Source: Myxococcota bacterium
GTDB lineage: Bacteria; Myxococcota_A; UBA9160; JAFDDA01
Assembly (NCBI GenBank): GCA_965228475.1
Contig: OZ245817.1
Coordinates: forward strand, 1-64,000
Direction: 5' to 3'
Length of the DNA: 64,000 bases
The translations under genes were made by a program, and so were the position numbers. The first letter of the stretch is position 1. Each line of letters begins with the position of its first letter. The notes under the pieces were generated by a model. The model did no database searches. It was not told where the DNA came from and saw only the letters and a list, made by a program, of their open reading frames with translations. Positions 19,999-27,768 of this stretch are shown piece by piece.

Positions 19999-21309
19999 AT
20001 GCCCGAGCGCCTGACGCCGGCCGAAGCGGCGGCCCTCGTCCGTCCGCGGGACTGCATCGGCATGCCGCTCGGACCCGGCCAGCCCTCCGCGTTCCTGCAC
20101 GCCCTCGGCGCACGGGACGACTACGAAGACCTCGTCGTCTTCGGCGCGCTCCTCGTCGATCTCTTCCCGGTCTTTACACGCAAGGGCGTCTCCCTGCGCA
20201 GCGGCTTCTTCGGCCCGGTGGAGCGCGGCCTCGCCGGGGCGGGCTACGCCGTCGAGTTCGTGCCCTCGGACTTTCGGCGCTTCGAGGACATCGCGCGCAC
20301 GATGGCGCCGCGCGTGATGACGACCGCCGCGGCCATGCCCTCGAGCGACGGCACCGTGAGCCTCTCCCTCCACGCAGGGGCGACCGTCGACGAGCTCGTG
20401 CGCGCCGGGCGCGACCCGGAGCGGCTCCTCGTCGTGGAGGTGAACCCGGCCCTTCCGCGGACTCTCGGCCTTCCGCCGGAACACCCCCACGCGCTCTCGC
20501 TCGACGAGATCGACGTCCTCGTCGAGAGCGATCGCCCGCCGCTCGTGCTCGCCGATCCGCCGCCGAGCGAAATCGAACGGGCGATCGCCGGGTACGCCCG
20601 CGCCTACGTGCCCGACGGCTCGACGCTCCAGACCGGAATCGGTGCCATCCCGAGCGAGATCGTGGAGCTCCTCGCGTCGGAGCCGGGCGGCGACTACGGC
20701 ATCCACAGCGAGATGTTCACCGACGGCCTGATGAAGCTCCATCTGGCCGGCAAGGTCAGCAACCGCAAGGGCCACTTCGACGGCTACTCGATCACGACCT
20801 TCGCCGCCGGCTCCCAGGAACTCTACGATTGGCTCGACGGCAACGAGGAGGTCCGCTTCCTCCCGGTCGACCGCGTGAATTCCGAAGCCGACATTGCCCG
20901 CAACCGCCAGATGGTCTCGATCAACGGCGCGCTCTCGATCGATCTCACGGGCCAGGTCGCGGCGGACACGATGTCCGGGCGGCAGTACTCGGGCATCGGC
21001 GGACACATGGACTTCACCGCGTCGTCGACGCGGTCGGCAGGCGGGCGCTCGCTCCTCTGTCTGCCCGCGACGGCGGCGCCCGGCGGGCAGGCGGTCTCGC
21101 GCATCGTCGGCCGCATGCCGGAGGACCGCTACGTGACGACGCCTCGGCACGAGGTCGACGTCGTGATCACCGAGCACGGCGCCGCGGAGCTCGCGGGGCG
21201 GACCGTTCGCGAGCGCGCGGAGGCGCTGATCGAAATCGCTGCCCCGGGGTTCCGCGATGCGCTGCGCGAAGAATGGGACCGGATGAACCGGAGGGAGGAA
21301 GCGAAGTGA
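19999..21309 (+). CDS. Acetyl-CoA hydrolase/4-hydroxybutyrate CoA-transferase family
   Basis: LQTGIGAIP, IHSEMFTDG, SINGALSIDLTGQV, SGIGGHMDF, VITEHG. Confidence 0.9.
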   Translation: MPERLTPAEAAALVRPRDCIGMPLGPGQPSAFLHALGARDDYEDLVVFGALLVDLFPVFTRKGVSLRSGFFGPVERGLAGAGYAVEFVPSDFRRFEDIARTMAPRVMTTAAAMPSSDGTVSLSLHAGATVDELVRAGRDPERLLVVEVNPALPRTLGLPPEHPHALSLDEIDVLVESDRPPLVLADPPPSEIERAIAGYARAYVPDGSTLQTGIGAIPSEIVELLASEPGGDYGIHSEMFTDGLMKLHLAGKVSNRKGHFDGYSITTFAAGSQELYDWLDGNEEVRFLPVDRVNSEADIARNRQMVSINGALSIDLTGQVAADTMSGRQYSGIGGHMDFTASSTRSAGGRSLLCLPATAAPGGQAVSRIVGRMPEDRYVTTPRHEVDVVITEHGAAELAGRTVRERAEALIEIAAPGFRDALREEWDRMNRREEAK

Positions 21310-21722
21310 GCGAGCCCGAAGCCCGTTCGGGGCAGGACGCGTACCCCGAGACCGAAGCGCGCATCGTCGAGATGGTCTTCCCGAACCACACGAACAGCCA
21401 GGATCAGCTCTTCGGTGGCTACGCCCTCTCGTTGATGGACAAGCTCGCCTTCATCGTTTCGTCGCGCTTCTCGCGGCTCCCGATGGTGACCGCCTCTTCC
21501 GAGAAGGTCGATTTCCTCTCGCCCGTGATGGAGGGCGATCTCGTCGAGTTCGTCGGGCGCGTGGTTCGCGTGGGGCGGACCTCCGTGCGCATCGGGATCG
21601 AGATGTTCTCCGAGAACCTGAGCACCGGGGAACGGAAGCTCTGCACGCGGGGCGAGTTCGTGATGGTCGCGGTCGACCGCGAAGGCTCGCCGATCCCGGT
21701 GCGGCCCGAAGCGAAGGGCTAG
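21306..21722 (+). CDS. Acyl-CoA thioesterase (hotdog fold)
   Basis: VFPNHTN..LFGG..LSLMD, VGRTS, FVMVAVD; GTGA overlap with the upstream gene. Confidence 0.9.
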   Translation: MSEPEARSGQDAYPETEARIVEMVFPNHTNSQDQLFGGYALSLMDKLAFIVSSRFSRLPMVTASSEKVDFLSPVMEGDLVEFVGRVVRVGRTSVRIGIEMFSENLSTGERKLCTRGEFVMVAVDREGSPIPVRPEAKG

Positions 21723-22285
21723 GTGCCCAGGTCGAGCCCGTTCGAGGCGATGACGCGCTCGAGCCGTGCGAGCCGCGTGCCCTCGGGCCCATCGATCTTC
21801 CGCAGCCAGTCGCGCACGTAGTCCCAGTCGAGCGGATCGTCGCTCGCGTAGACGACGCTCGCGATGTCGTTCCAGTCCTTCGCGCGATCGAAGGTCGCCT
21901 TGTAGGTGACGAGATCTTCCGCGCTCAGGATGTGGATCGGGTCCCCGTAGAAGTCGACGCGCCGCCGCCGCTTCATCGAGCTCTGGTGAAGCGGGTCGTA
22001 GGCGAAGAAGAGATCGATCGGCGTGCCGTCCCAGAGGATGCGCACCTGTTCGTCGCGAGCCACGAGGGTGCGCAGGCCCGGGTCGTGGGTGGCGGCGCCG
22101 AGCCCGGCCAGGACGCCGAACACGCGCTCGGCTTCGTCGGCGGAGAGGAACACGTTCACGTCGATGTCGTGCGTGGCGCGGACGCTCCCGTAATAGGCGA
22201 GCGCCTGGGCTCCGCCGAAGGCGTGCGGGATCCTGGCGCCGACGAAGGCGGCCTCGATCGCGACGATCTGTTCGTCGAGCAGCAT
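21719..22285 (-). CDS. Pol-beta-type nucleotidyltransferase (AbiEii/MNT-like)
   Basis: FGGAQALAYYG, RATHDIDV, EDLVTYK..DRAKDWND. Confidence 0.7.
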   Translation of the reverse strand: MLLDEQIVAIEAAFVGARIPHAFGGAQALAYYGSVRATHDIDVNVFLSADEAERVFGVLAGLGAATHDPGLRTLVARDEQVRILWDGTPIDLFFAYDPLHQSSMKRRRRVDFYGDPIHILSAEDLVTYKATFDRAKDWNDIASVVYASDDPLDWDYVRDWLRKIDGPEGTRLARLERVIASNGLDLGT

Positions 22286-22298
22286 CGTCTCGGTCCGC

Positions 22299-22808
22299 CT
22301 AGGACGCGACGCGCTCGGCGCCTTCCGAGCTGAAGCGCGGGAAGGCCTGCTTCGGGAGCGTTCGCTTCCGGCCGCGCGAGCGGAGGGCGCGGCCGGCGGT
22401 CCGCAGGAGTCCGCGCAGGGCCTTGCCGCGAGCCGCCTCACCGCGCCCGATCCAGTCGACCACGTCGGCGAGATGCTCCGGCACGGGGCGGGTCTCGGCC
22501 CCTGCGAGGGCTTCGCGAAGCAGTCCGGCCAGGCTCGGGTCGAGCCGGTGCCCGGCGCGGAGTTCGGCCAGCAGCTTGCGGGCGGCTGCGCTGCGCCGGT
22601 GCGGCGTGACCGGAATGCCCTGGCGCCGCGCGGCGGCCACGAGCTTCCGGGCGTCGAAGGGGCGCCGGGCCCGGCGGGCGGCCTCGTCCAGGATCTCGGG
22701 CGTCAGGACCCCGCTGAAGCGGGCGAGCGTGAACTGGCGCGGGCCCCGCTCGGTCGAGCGGCACTCGCGGATCTCGGTCTGATCTCCTCGGCGGCGAAGG
22801 GAGGCCAT
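22299..22808 (-). CDS. Hypothetical basic protein, putative partner of the nucleotidyltransferase
   Basis: 170-codon ORF ending 13 nt before the NTase start; AT-richer upstream region. Confidence 0.55.
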   Translation of the reverse strand: MASLRRRGDQTEIRECRSTERGPRQFTLARFSGVLTPEILDEAARRARRPFDARKLVAAARRQGIPVTPHRRSAAARKLLAELRAGHRLDPSLAGLLREALAGAETRPVPEHLADVVDWIGRGEAARGKALRGLLRTAGRALRSRGRKRTLPKQAFPRFSSEGAERVAS

Positions 22809-22896
22809 ATAGTTCCTTTCGTCACTACTCCAGTCCACTTTAGCACTGAGCGGGCCGCTCCGCCGGGTGGATCCCGTAAGTATCCGACCAAAAAGG

Positions 22897-23391
22897 CTAT
22901 TTACCCGGCCCGACGGGGAGCACCATCAGCTGGTAGAGCGACTCCCGGGCCTCGCTCTCGATCACGAAGCCCATTCGTCGGTAGAGCCGGGCCGCGGGAT
23001 TGCTCGGCTCGACGTGGAGCCGAACGGGCAGCCCGGCCTCGCGGGCCTCCTCGACCACCCTCCCGAGCAGCTGGCTCCCGAGGCCCGCGCCGCGATGCTC
23101 CGGGAGCAGCGCCACGTCGATCACGCGGATCTCGTCCGCACGCCGCTCGACGTAGAGCCTCCCGATCGCGCGGCCCTCGAGCTCGACGACGTCGAAGCGC
23201 GCGCCGGCGAACTGCTCCTGGTAGGAGCGGTGCTGCGCTTCGAACTGCATGGAGAGGAACGCGTCCTTCTGCTCCTGGGGCCACGGGACGACCGCGAGCT
23301 CCTCGGTTCGCGTGCTCGCGTAGAGCCTCGCGAGGAACGGACGGTCGCTCTCGCGGATCGGGCGCAACGAGAGGCCCGACGCGTCCGGCAC
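22897..23391 (-). CDS. GNAT N-acetyltransferase
   Basis: FLARLYASTR, QFEAQH, IDVALLPEHRGAGLG, NPAARLYRRMGF. Confidence 0.9.
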   Translation of the reverse strand: MPDASGLSLRPIRESDRPFLARLYASTRTEELAVVPWPQEQKDAFLSMQFEAQHRSYQEQFAGARFDVVELEGRAIGRLYVERRADEIRVIDVALLPEHRGAGLGSQLLGRVVEEAREAGLPVRLHVEPSNPAARLYRRMGFVIESEARESLYQLMVLPVGPGK

Positions 23392-23399
23392 GCTTCGGG

Positions 23400-23915
23400 T
23401 CAGCTGCGCGATGGGAACAGGCCCTGCACCGCGATGATGAAGGTCATCGCCAGATAGGGCTGGAGGTTCGAGTGGGCCTGACTGCCGCCGGTCGAGCCGA
23501 GGGTCTCCGGGTCGAGAGCGGCGAGATCGGTGGCCGGGCCGTACGTATTCGACCCGGGCGTCCCCAGGGCAACGGCATTCGAGGGGGTGCCCGTCGTTGC
23601 CTCCGCGCTGGCCTGCATGGCGTGATCGTGGGAGGGGATCTCCGCAGTGGACAGCACCACGCTGGCGCTGCCCAGCCGCTCGCCGAGCCGGCGCGGCGTC
23701 AGGCCAGCGCCGTTTCCCGGGTGTATCGGGTGCCGGCCCCGGAGGTCCGGCAGCCCGAGGGTCGTTCGCCCATCCCCGCCGTAGGTGGTGCCCAGGATGG
23801 AGAACAAGGCCGTATTCTGGGCAATCGGGAGGGTCTGACCGTCGCAAAGGGCCCAGCCGCGAGGAGCGAAGTTCCCCGCGAAGATCCGGATTTCAGCGAT
23901 GAAGGGTTCGGACAC
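23400..23915 (-). CDS. Phage tail-collar domain protein (microcystin-dependent protein-like), copy 3
   Basis: SEPFIAEIRIFAGNFAPRGWALCDGQ..LGTTYGGDG..LPDLRG; C-terminal HSNLQPYL..FIIA..GLFP. Confidence 0.9.
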   Translation of the reverse strand: MSEPFIAEIRIFAGNFAPRGWALCDGQTLPIAQNTALFSILGTTYGGDGRTTLGLPDLRGRHPIHPGNGAGLTPRRLGERLGSASVVLSTAEIPSHDHAMQASAEATTGTPSNAVALGTPGSNTYGPATDLAALDPETLGSTGGSQAHSNLQPYLAMTFIIAVQGLFPSRS

Positions 23916-23928
23916 GATGGACTCCGTT

Positions 23929-24444
23929 TCAGGTCGACGGGTAGATGCCGACGAGCGCGATGATGAAGTTGACGCCCAGGCTCGGGCCCATGTTCGTGTG
24001 CGGACGGCTGCTGCCCGTGTTCGCGACCGCCGCGTCCGAGAGCGCGACGGCCGGGTCCGGGCCGTAGGGGCTCGCGGCGGCGGCATCGGCCGTCAGGTTC
24101 CCCCCCGGCCCTGCAGCATTGGTCGCGGCATCCGTGGACGCCCGGTGGGCGTGCGTATGGGCCGGAAGCTCACTCACCTGGAGCGCGACGGCCTCGACCC
24201 CGGCTCGCTCACCGAGCCGGACGGTGTCGAGGCCCGGACCCGAGCCCGGGTGGACCGGGATGCGGCCGCGCAGGTCGGGCAAGCCGAACGTCGTGCGGCC
24301 GTCGCCTCCGTAGATCGTGCCGAGCAAGCTGAAGAGCGCGTCGGCAGAGTTGATCGACAAGAGCTGGCCGTCGCAGAGGGCCCAGCCGCGGGGTGCGAAG
24401 TTCCCACCGAACATGCGGATCTCACCGACGAAGGGTTCGGACAT
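23929..24444 (-). CDS. Phage tail-collar domain protein, copy 2
   Basis: MSEPFVGEIRMFGGNFAPRGWALCDGQ..LPDLRGR; HTH motif. Confidence 0.9.
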   Translation of the reverse strand: MSEPFVGEIRMFGGNFAPRGWALCDGQLLSINSADALFSLLGTIYGGDGRTTFGLPDLRGRIPVHPGSGPGLDTVRLGERAGVEAVALQVSELPAHTHAHRASTDAATNAAGPGGNLTADAAAASPYGPDPAVALSDAAVANTGSSRPHTNMGPSLGVNFIIALVGIYPST

Positions 24445-24454
24445 GGCGGTCTCC

Positions 24455-24982
24455 TCAAGATCTCGGGGGAAAGAGGCCCACGAGGGCGATCACGAAGTTC
24501 ACCGCGAGGTAGGGCTGCTGGTTCTGGTGGTCCTGGCCGCCGCCTGTCGTGGTGACGGCGCCGGATTCGAGCGCCGTGAGGTTGTTCGCCTCGGCGTACA
24601 GATCCGGAGCGAAGCGTGGGCGCTTGGCAAGGACGGCATCCGCAGGGTCCGTCTCGATCGCGGGTTCGGTCGATGCAAGCGCGCTGTGCCGGTGCGCGGG
24701 CATCTCGGCAACGCTGAGCGCAACGCGCTGCTCGCCGCCCCGGTTCCCCAGGTTCACCGTATGCGCGCCGGCCACGCCCGCGCCGGCGTGCATCGGAGCG
24801 CGTCCCCGGAGGTCCGGAAGCGCGAAATCGGTTCGCCCGTTTCCGCCGTAGGTGGTTCCGAGCACGGAATAGAGCGACTGGTTCTGGTTGATCGGCAGGA
24901 GCTGGCCGTCACAGAGAGCCCAACCGCGCGGCGCGAAGTTGAAGCCCACGATCCGAACTTCGCCGAGGTACGGTTCCGACAT
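24455..24982 (-). CDS. Phage tail-collar domain protein, copy 1
   Basis: MSEPYLGEVRIVGFNFAPRGWALCDGQ..LPDLRGR; HRH motif. Confidence 0.9.
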   Translation of the reverse strand: MSEPYLGEVRIVGFNFAPRGWALCDGQLLPINQNQSLYSVLGTTYGGNGRTDFALPDLRGRAPMHAGAGVAGAHTVNLGNRGGEQRVALSVAEMPAHRHSALASTEPAIETDPADAVLAKRPRFAPDLYAEANNLTALESGAVTTTGGGQDHQNQQPYLAVNFVIALVGLFPPRS

Positions 24983-24986
24983 TCGT

Positions 24987-25424
24987 CTATCCGATCGAAG
25001 CGCCGGAGCAGCCGGGCGCGCTGAGGACGTTCAAGGCGAAGGCCGCGGCGTAGTAGCTGCCGTCGCCATCCGAACCGGCCGGGGAGAGGTGCAGGTCCAT
25101 GAAGGCGCCGCCCTCCGGCGTGAGCCGGTGGATCGCCTCTTCGAGGCCGGCATCCGGATCGCCGCGGAAGATCAGGGTGAACTGCTCGAGCCCGGCAGCG
25201 ACGGGGCCGTCGGTGATCTCGGCGAGCACCAGGGTGGGGTGCGCGCCGTCGTCCACGTAGAAGCGCTGATCGACGAGCGCTTCGAAGGTGGCCCGGGTGT
25301 AGGCCGGGCCCGCGGCGTGGACCGGACCGCTGAAGAAGGCGATCGGCCCAGCGCCCGCGGCGACGAGGGAGACGGCCGCGCCCTTGAGCACGGTGCGGCG
25401 GTGGATCATCGGGAGCTCCTTCAT
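24987..25424 (-). CDS. DUF6916-like protein with a Tat signal
   Basis: HRRTVLKGAA twin-arginine leader; FTLIFRG..YYAAAF. Confidence 0.7.
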   Translation of the reverse strand: MKELPMIHRRTVLKGAAVSLVAAGAGPIAFFSGPVHAAGPAYTRATFEALVDQRFYVDDGAHPTLVLAEITDGPVAAGLEQFTLIFRGDPDAGLEEAIHRLTPEGGAFMDLHLSPAGSDGDGSYYAAAFALNVLSAPGCSGASIG

Positions 25425-25717
25425 GCGAAGACGGCCTCGTAGCGGCGGCCGTCCGGGTCCGGTGCGATCGGAACGAGGAAGATGTCGAGGCGGCCGACGG
25501 CCGGGTTCTCGAGGGGGTAGGTCCCCTGCGCGAGGGGAGCTTCGTCCGGTCCGCGGAAGACGAGTGCGAAACCCGGACGCGCGGCGCCGGAAGGCCCGCT
25601 CGGGCTCGCCTCGGTCAGCGTGAGCTCGATCTCGTCCGTCCGAAAGGTCTCGCCCACCCGCGGCGCGAAGGTCTCGAGGGTCGCCGCGTGCTCCGGCATG
25701 GATGCGGCGGTGCTCAT
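25421..25717 (-). CDS. DUF6916-like protein
   Basis: FAPRVGETF, FALVFRGP, LAQGTY, IFLVPI, YEAVFA. Confidence 0.75.
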   Translation of the reverse strand: MSTAASMPEHAATLETFAPRVGETFRTDEIELTLTEASPSGPSGAARPGFALVFRGPDEAPLAQGTYPLENPAVGRLDIFLVPIAPDPDGRRYEAVFA

Positions 25718-26271
25718 CGACGCATCCGGGCGCCGAGGGCAGCGAGTGCGAACAGGCAGAGGAACGCGGCTCCGGGTTCCGGGACGGCGGTGGTGAAGTC
25801 CAGGATGATCGTGCCGAAGTCGATGCCGGTCTGGTCGCCGATGAGGGCGTCGTCGATGAAGACCTCGACGCGCACCTTGTTCGAGAGGATGCTGACCCCC
25901 GAGATGTTCTCGTAGGAAGGCGTGAGGGTGTCGATGCCGAGGCCCGTGCCCGCGTAGAGGTCGTTGAAGACGAACCGGGCGTTGTTGGCATAGCCGGTCG
26001 AGCCGCCCGGGAGCCCCTCCTCGATCCGTAGCGTGATCCGGTCGACGGAAAGGTCGATGAACTCCGTCGAGAGCAGGACGCTTCCGATCTCGGAGCCGTC
26101 GCCGGGGGCGATCTCCGGCCCCATCCCGACGACGACGTCGTCCAGGAGCAGGATCCCGTCACCGGGAGAAACGAGCTCGAGCCCGACGGTCGAGCCCGCG
26201 ACCACCGCGCGGGCGGGCCCAGCCGCCAGGAAGGCGGCACCCAGGAGAAACAGCAAGAGGGGGCGCTTCAT
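25714..26271 (-). CDS. PEP-CTERM exported protein
   Basis: Signal peptide MKRPLLLFLLG..ARA; C-terminal VPEPGAAFLCLFALAALGARMRR. Confidence 0.85.
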   Translation of the reverse strand: MKRPLLLFLLGAAFLAAGPARAVVAGSTVGLELVSPGDGILLLDDVVVGMGPEIAPGDGSEIGSVLLSTEFIDLSVDRITLRIEEGLPGGSTGYANNARFVFNDLYAGTGLGIDTLTPSYENISGVSILSNKVRVEVFIDDALIGDQTGIDFGTIILDFTTAVPEPGAAFLCLFALAALGARMRR

Positions 26272-26321
26272 GCGGGTGGGTGGTGACCCGCCCGGACATG
26301 TGGCGAAAGGAACCGGGAAAA

Positions 26322-27503
26322 CTAGGCGTTCAGGGCCTGTTCCAGGTCCGCGATCAGGTCCGCCGGCTCTTCGATCCCCACCGAGAAGCGCACGAGGGAG
26401 TCGGTCATGCCGAGGGCCTGCCGCTCTTCGCTGGTGCGGTCCCAGAAGGACATGATGGCCGGCATCTCGATCAGGGATTCGACCCCGCCGAGGCTCGGCG
26501 CCAGGTACGGGATCTCGCACGCGTCGACGAAGCGCACGGTGCCGTCGAGGTCCGCGTCGAGCTCGAAGGTCACGACGCCGCCGAAGCCCTTCATGGTCCG
26601 GCGCGCCACGTCGTGGTCCGGGTGGCTCTCGAGGCCCGGGTACCAGACGCGCCGGATGCGCGGGTGGGCTTCGAGCCAGCGGGCGATCTCGAGCGCACCG
26701 GCGTTGTGGCGTTCGACGCGCAGGCCGAGGGTCTTCATGCCGCGCAGCAGCAGGTAGGCGGTGTTCGCATCCGTCACGCCGCCGAGGATGCCGACGGCCT
26801 TGCGCAGCTCGTCGATCATGGCCTTCGGGCCCGCGGCCGCGCCGGCGAGCAGGTCGTTGTGGCCGCCCAGGTACTTCGTGGCGCTGTGCAGGACGAGGTC
26901 CGCGCCCGAGGCCAGGGCCTGCTGATTCACCGGCGTCGCGAAGGTCGAATCGATCACCACCTTGGCGCCGCGGGCGTGGGCCACGCGGGCCGCCTCGGCG
27001 ATGTCGATCACCCGCAGGTACGGGTTGGTCGGCGACTCCGTGAAGAAGAGCACGGTGTCGTCGCGCAGGGCATCGGCGAGCTTCTTCGGGTCCGCCGGCT
27101 CGATGACCGTCGTCTCGACGTCCATCTTCACCAGATACTCTTCGATGAACTGCCGCGTGCGGCGGTAGCACTCGCTCGTCACCACGATGTGGCCGCCCTG
27201 CGGAATCATCGAGAAGAATGCCGTCGTCGCGGCGCACATGCCCGAGGCGAAGAGCACCGCATCGTCCGCGCCCTCGAGCTCCGCGAGCTTGCGCTCGGCG
27301 GCGCGCCAGGTCGGGTTGCCGTAGCGCCCGTACTCGTCGCGCGCGAGGCGGCCCTCCTGGTAGGCCTTCAGCTCCTCGCTGTCGCGGAACCAGTAGGTCG
27401 CGGTCTGGTAGATGGGCGTGGTGATGGCATCGCTCTCGGGGGCGCTGCGCTGGCCCGCATGGACCGCGCGCGTCGAATCCCCCTGGTCGGGACGTCTCGC
27501 CAT
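26322..27503 (-). CDS. metB: Cystathionine gamma-synthase family PLP enzyme
   Basis: YGRYGNPT, FASGM, ESPTNP, IDSTFATP, HSATKYLGGHND, SLGGVESL. Confidence 0.85.
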   Translation of the reverse strand: MARRPDQGDSTRAVHAGQRSAPESDAITTPIYQTATYWFRDSEELKAYQEGRLARDEYGRYGNPTWRAAERKLAELEGADDAVLFASGMCAATTAFFSMIPQGGHIVVTSECYRRTRQFIEEYLVKMDVETTVIEPADPKKLADALRDDTVLFFTESPTNPYLRVIDIAEAARVAHARGAKVVIDSTFATPVNQQALASGADLVLHSATKYLGGHNDLLAGAAAGPKAMIDELRKAVGILGGVTDANTAYLLLRGMKTLGLRVERHNAGALEIARWLEAHPRIRRVWYPGLESHPDHDVARRTMKGFGGVVTFELDADLDGTVRFVDACEIPYLAPSLGGVESLIEMPAIMSFWDRTSEERQALGMTDSLVRFSVGIEEPADLIADLEQALNA

Positions 27504-27649
27504 GATGACTCTCTTGTCGGTGGGGCTTAGCAGTGTCGGGTGAGGAACCCTTGGGGAGGTCCCAGGCCTGCAAGCCCCGGAAATCGCCTGATTTTTCGAA
27601 CCCCGAACGCCGTTAGGGTCGCTCGGGTACGGGGGGGCTGTCAACCCGC

Positions 27650-27768
27650 GCCTCGCCGAGGAGGCGGGGGATGGGAGGAGGGCCTGCGGGACCCGCCGTG
27701 GGGCTGTCGGGTGGTTTCGGGGGGTGGGGGGAGTCGGGACGGTCCCGCAGGCCCTCCTCCCATCCCCC
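27650..27768 (-). repeat. REPIN/MITE-like hairpin element, copy A
   Basis: Perfect 28-bp inverted repeat, arms 27666-27693 and 27741-27768. Confidence 0.85.

Noticed and set aside
23400..24982. Prophage or tailocin
   Set aside because: Only collar-domain genes; no sheath, tube, baseplate, capsid, terminase or integrase.
27504..27650. SAM riboswitch upstream of the metB-like gene
   Set aside because: I could not find SAM-I/II core motifs by eye; an Infernal/Rfam scan would settle it.
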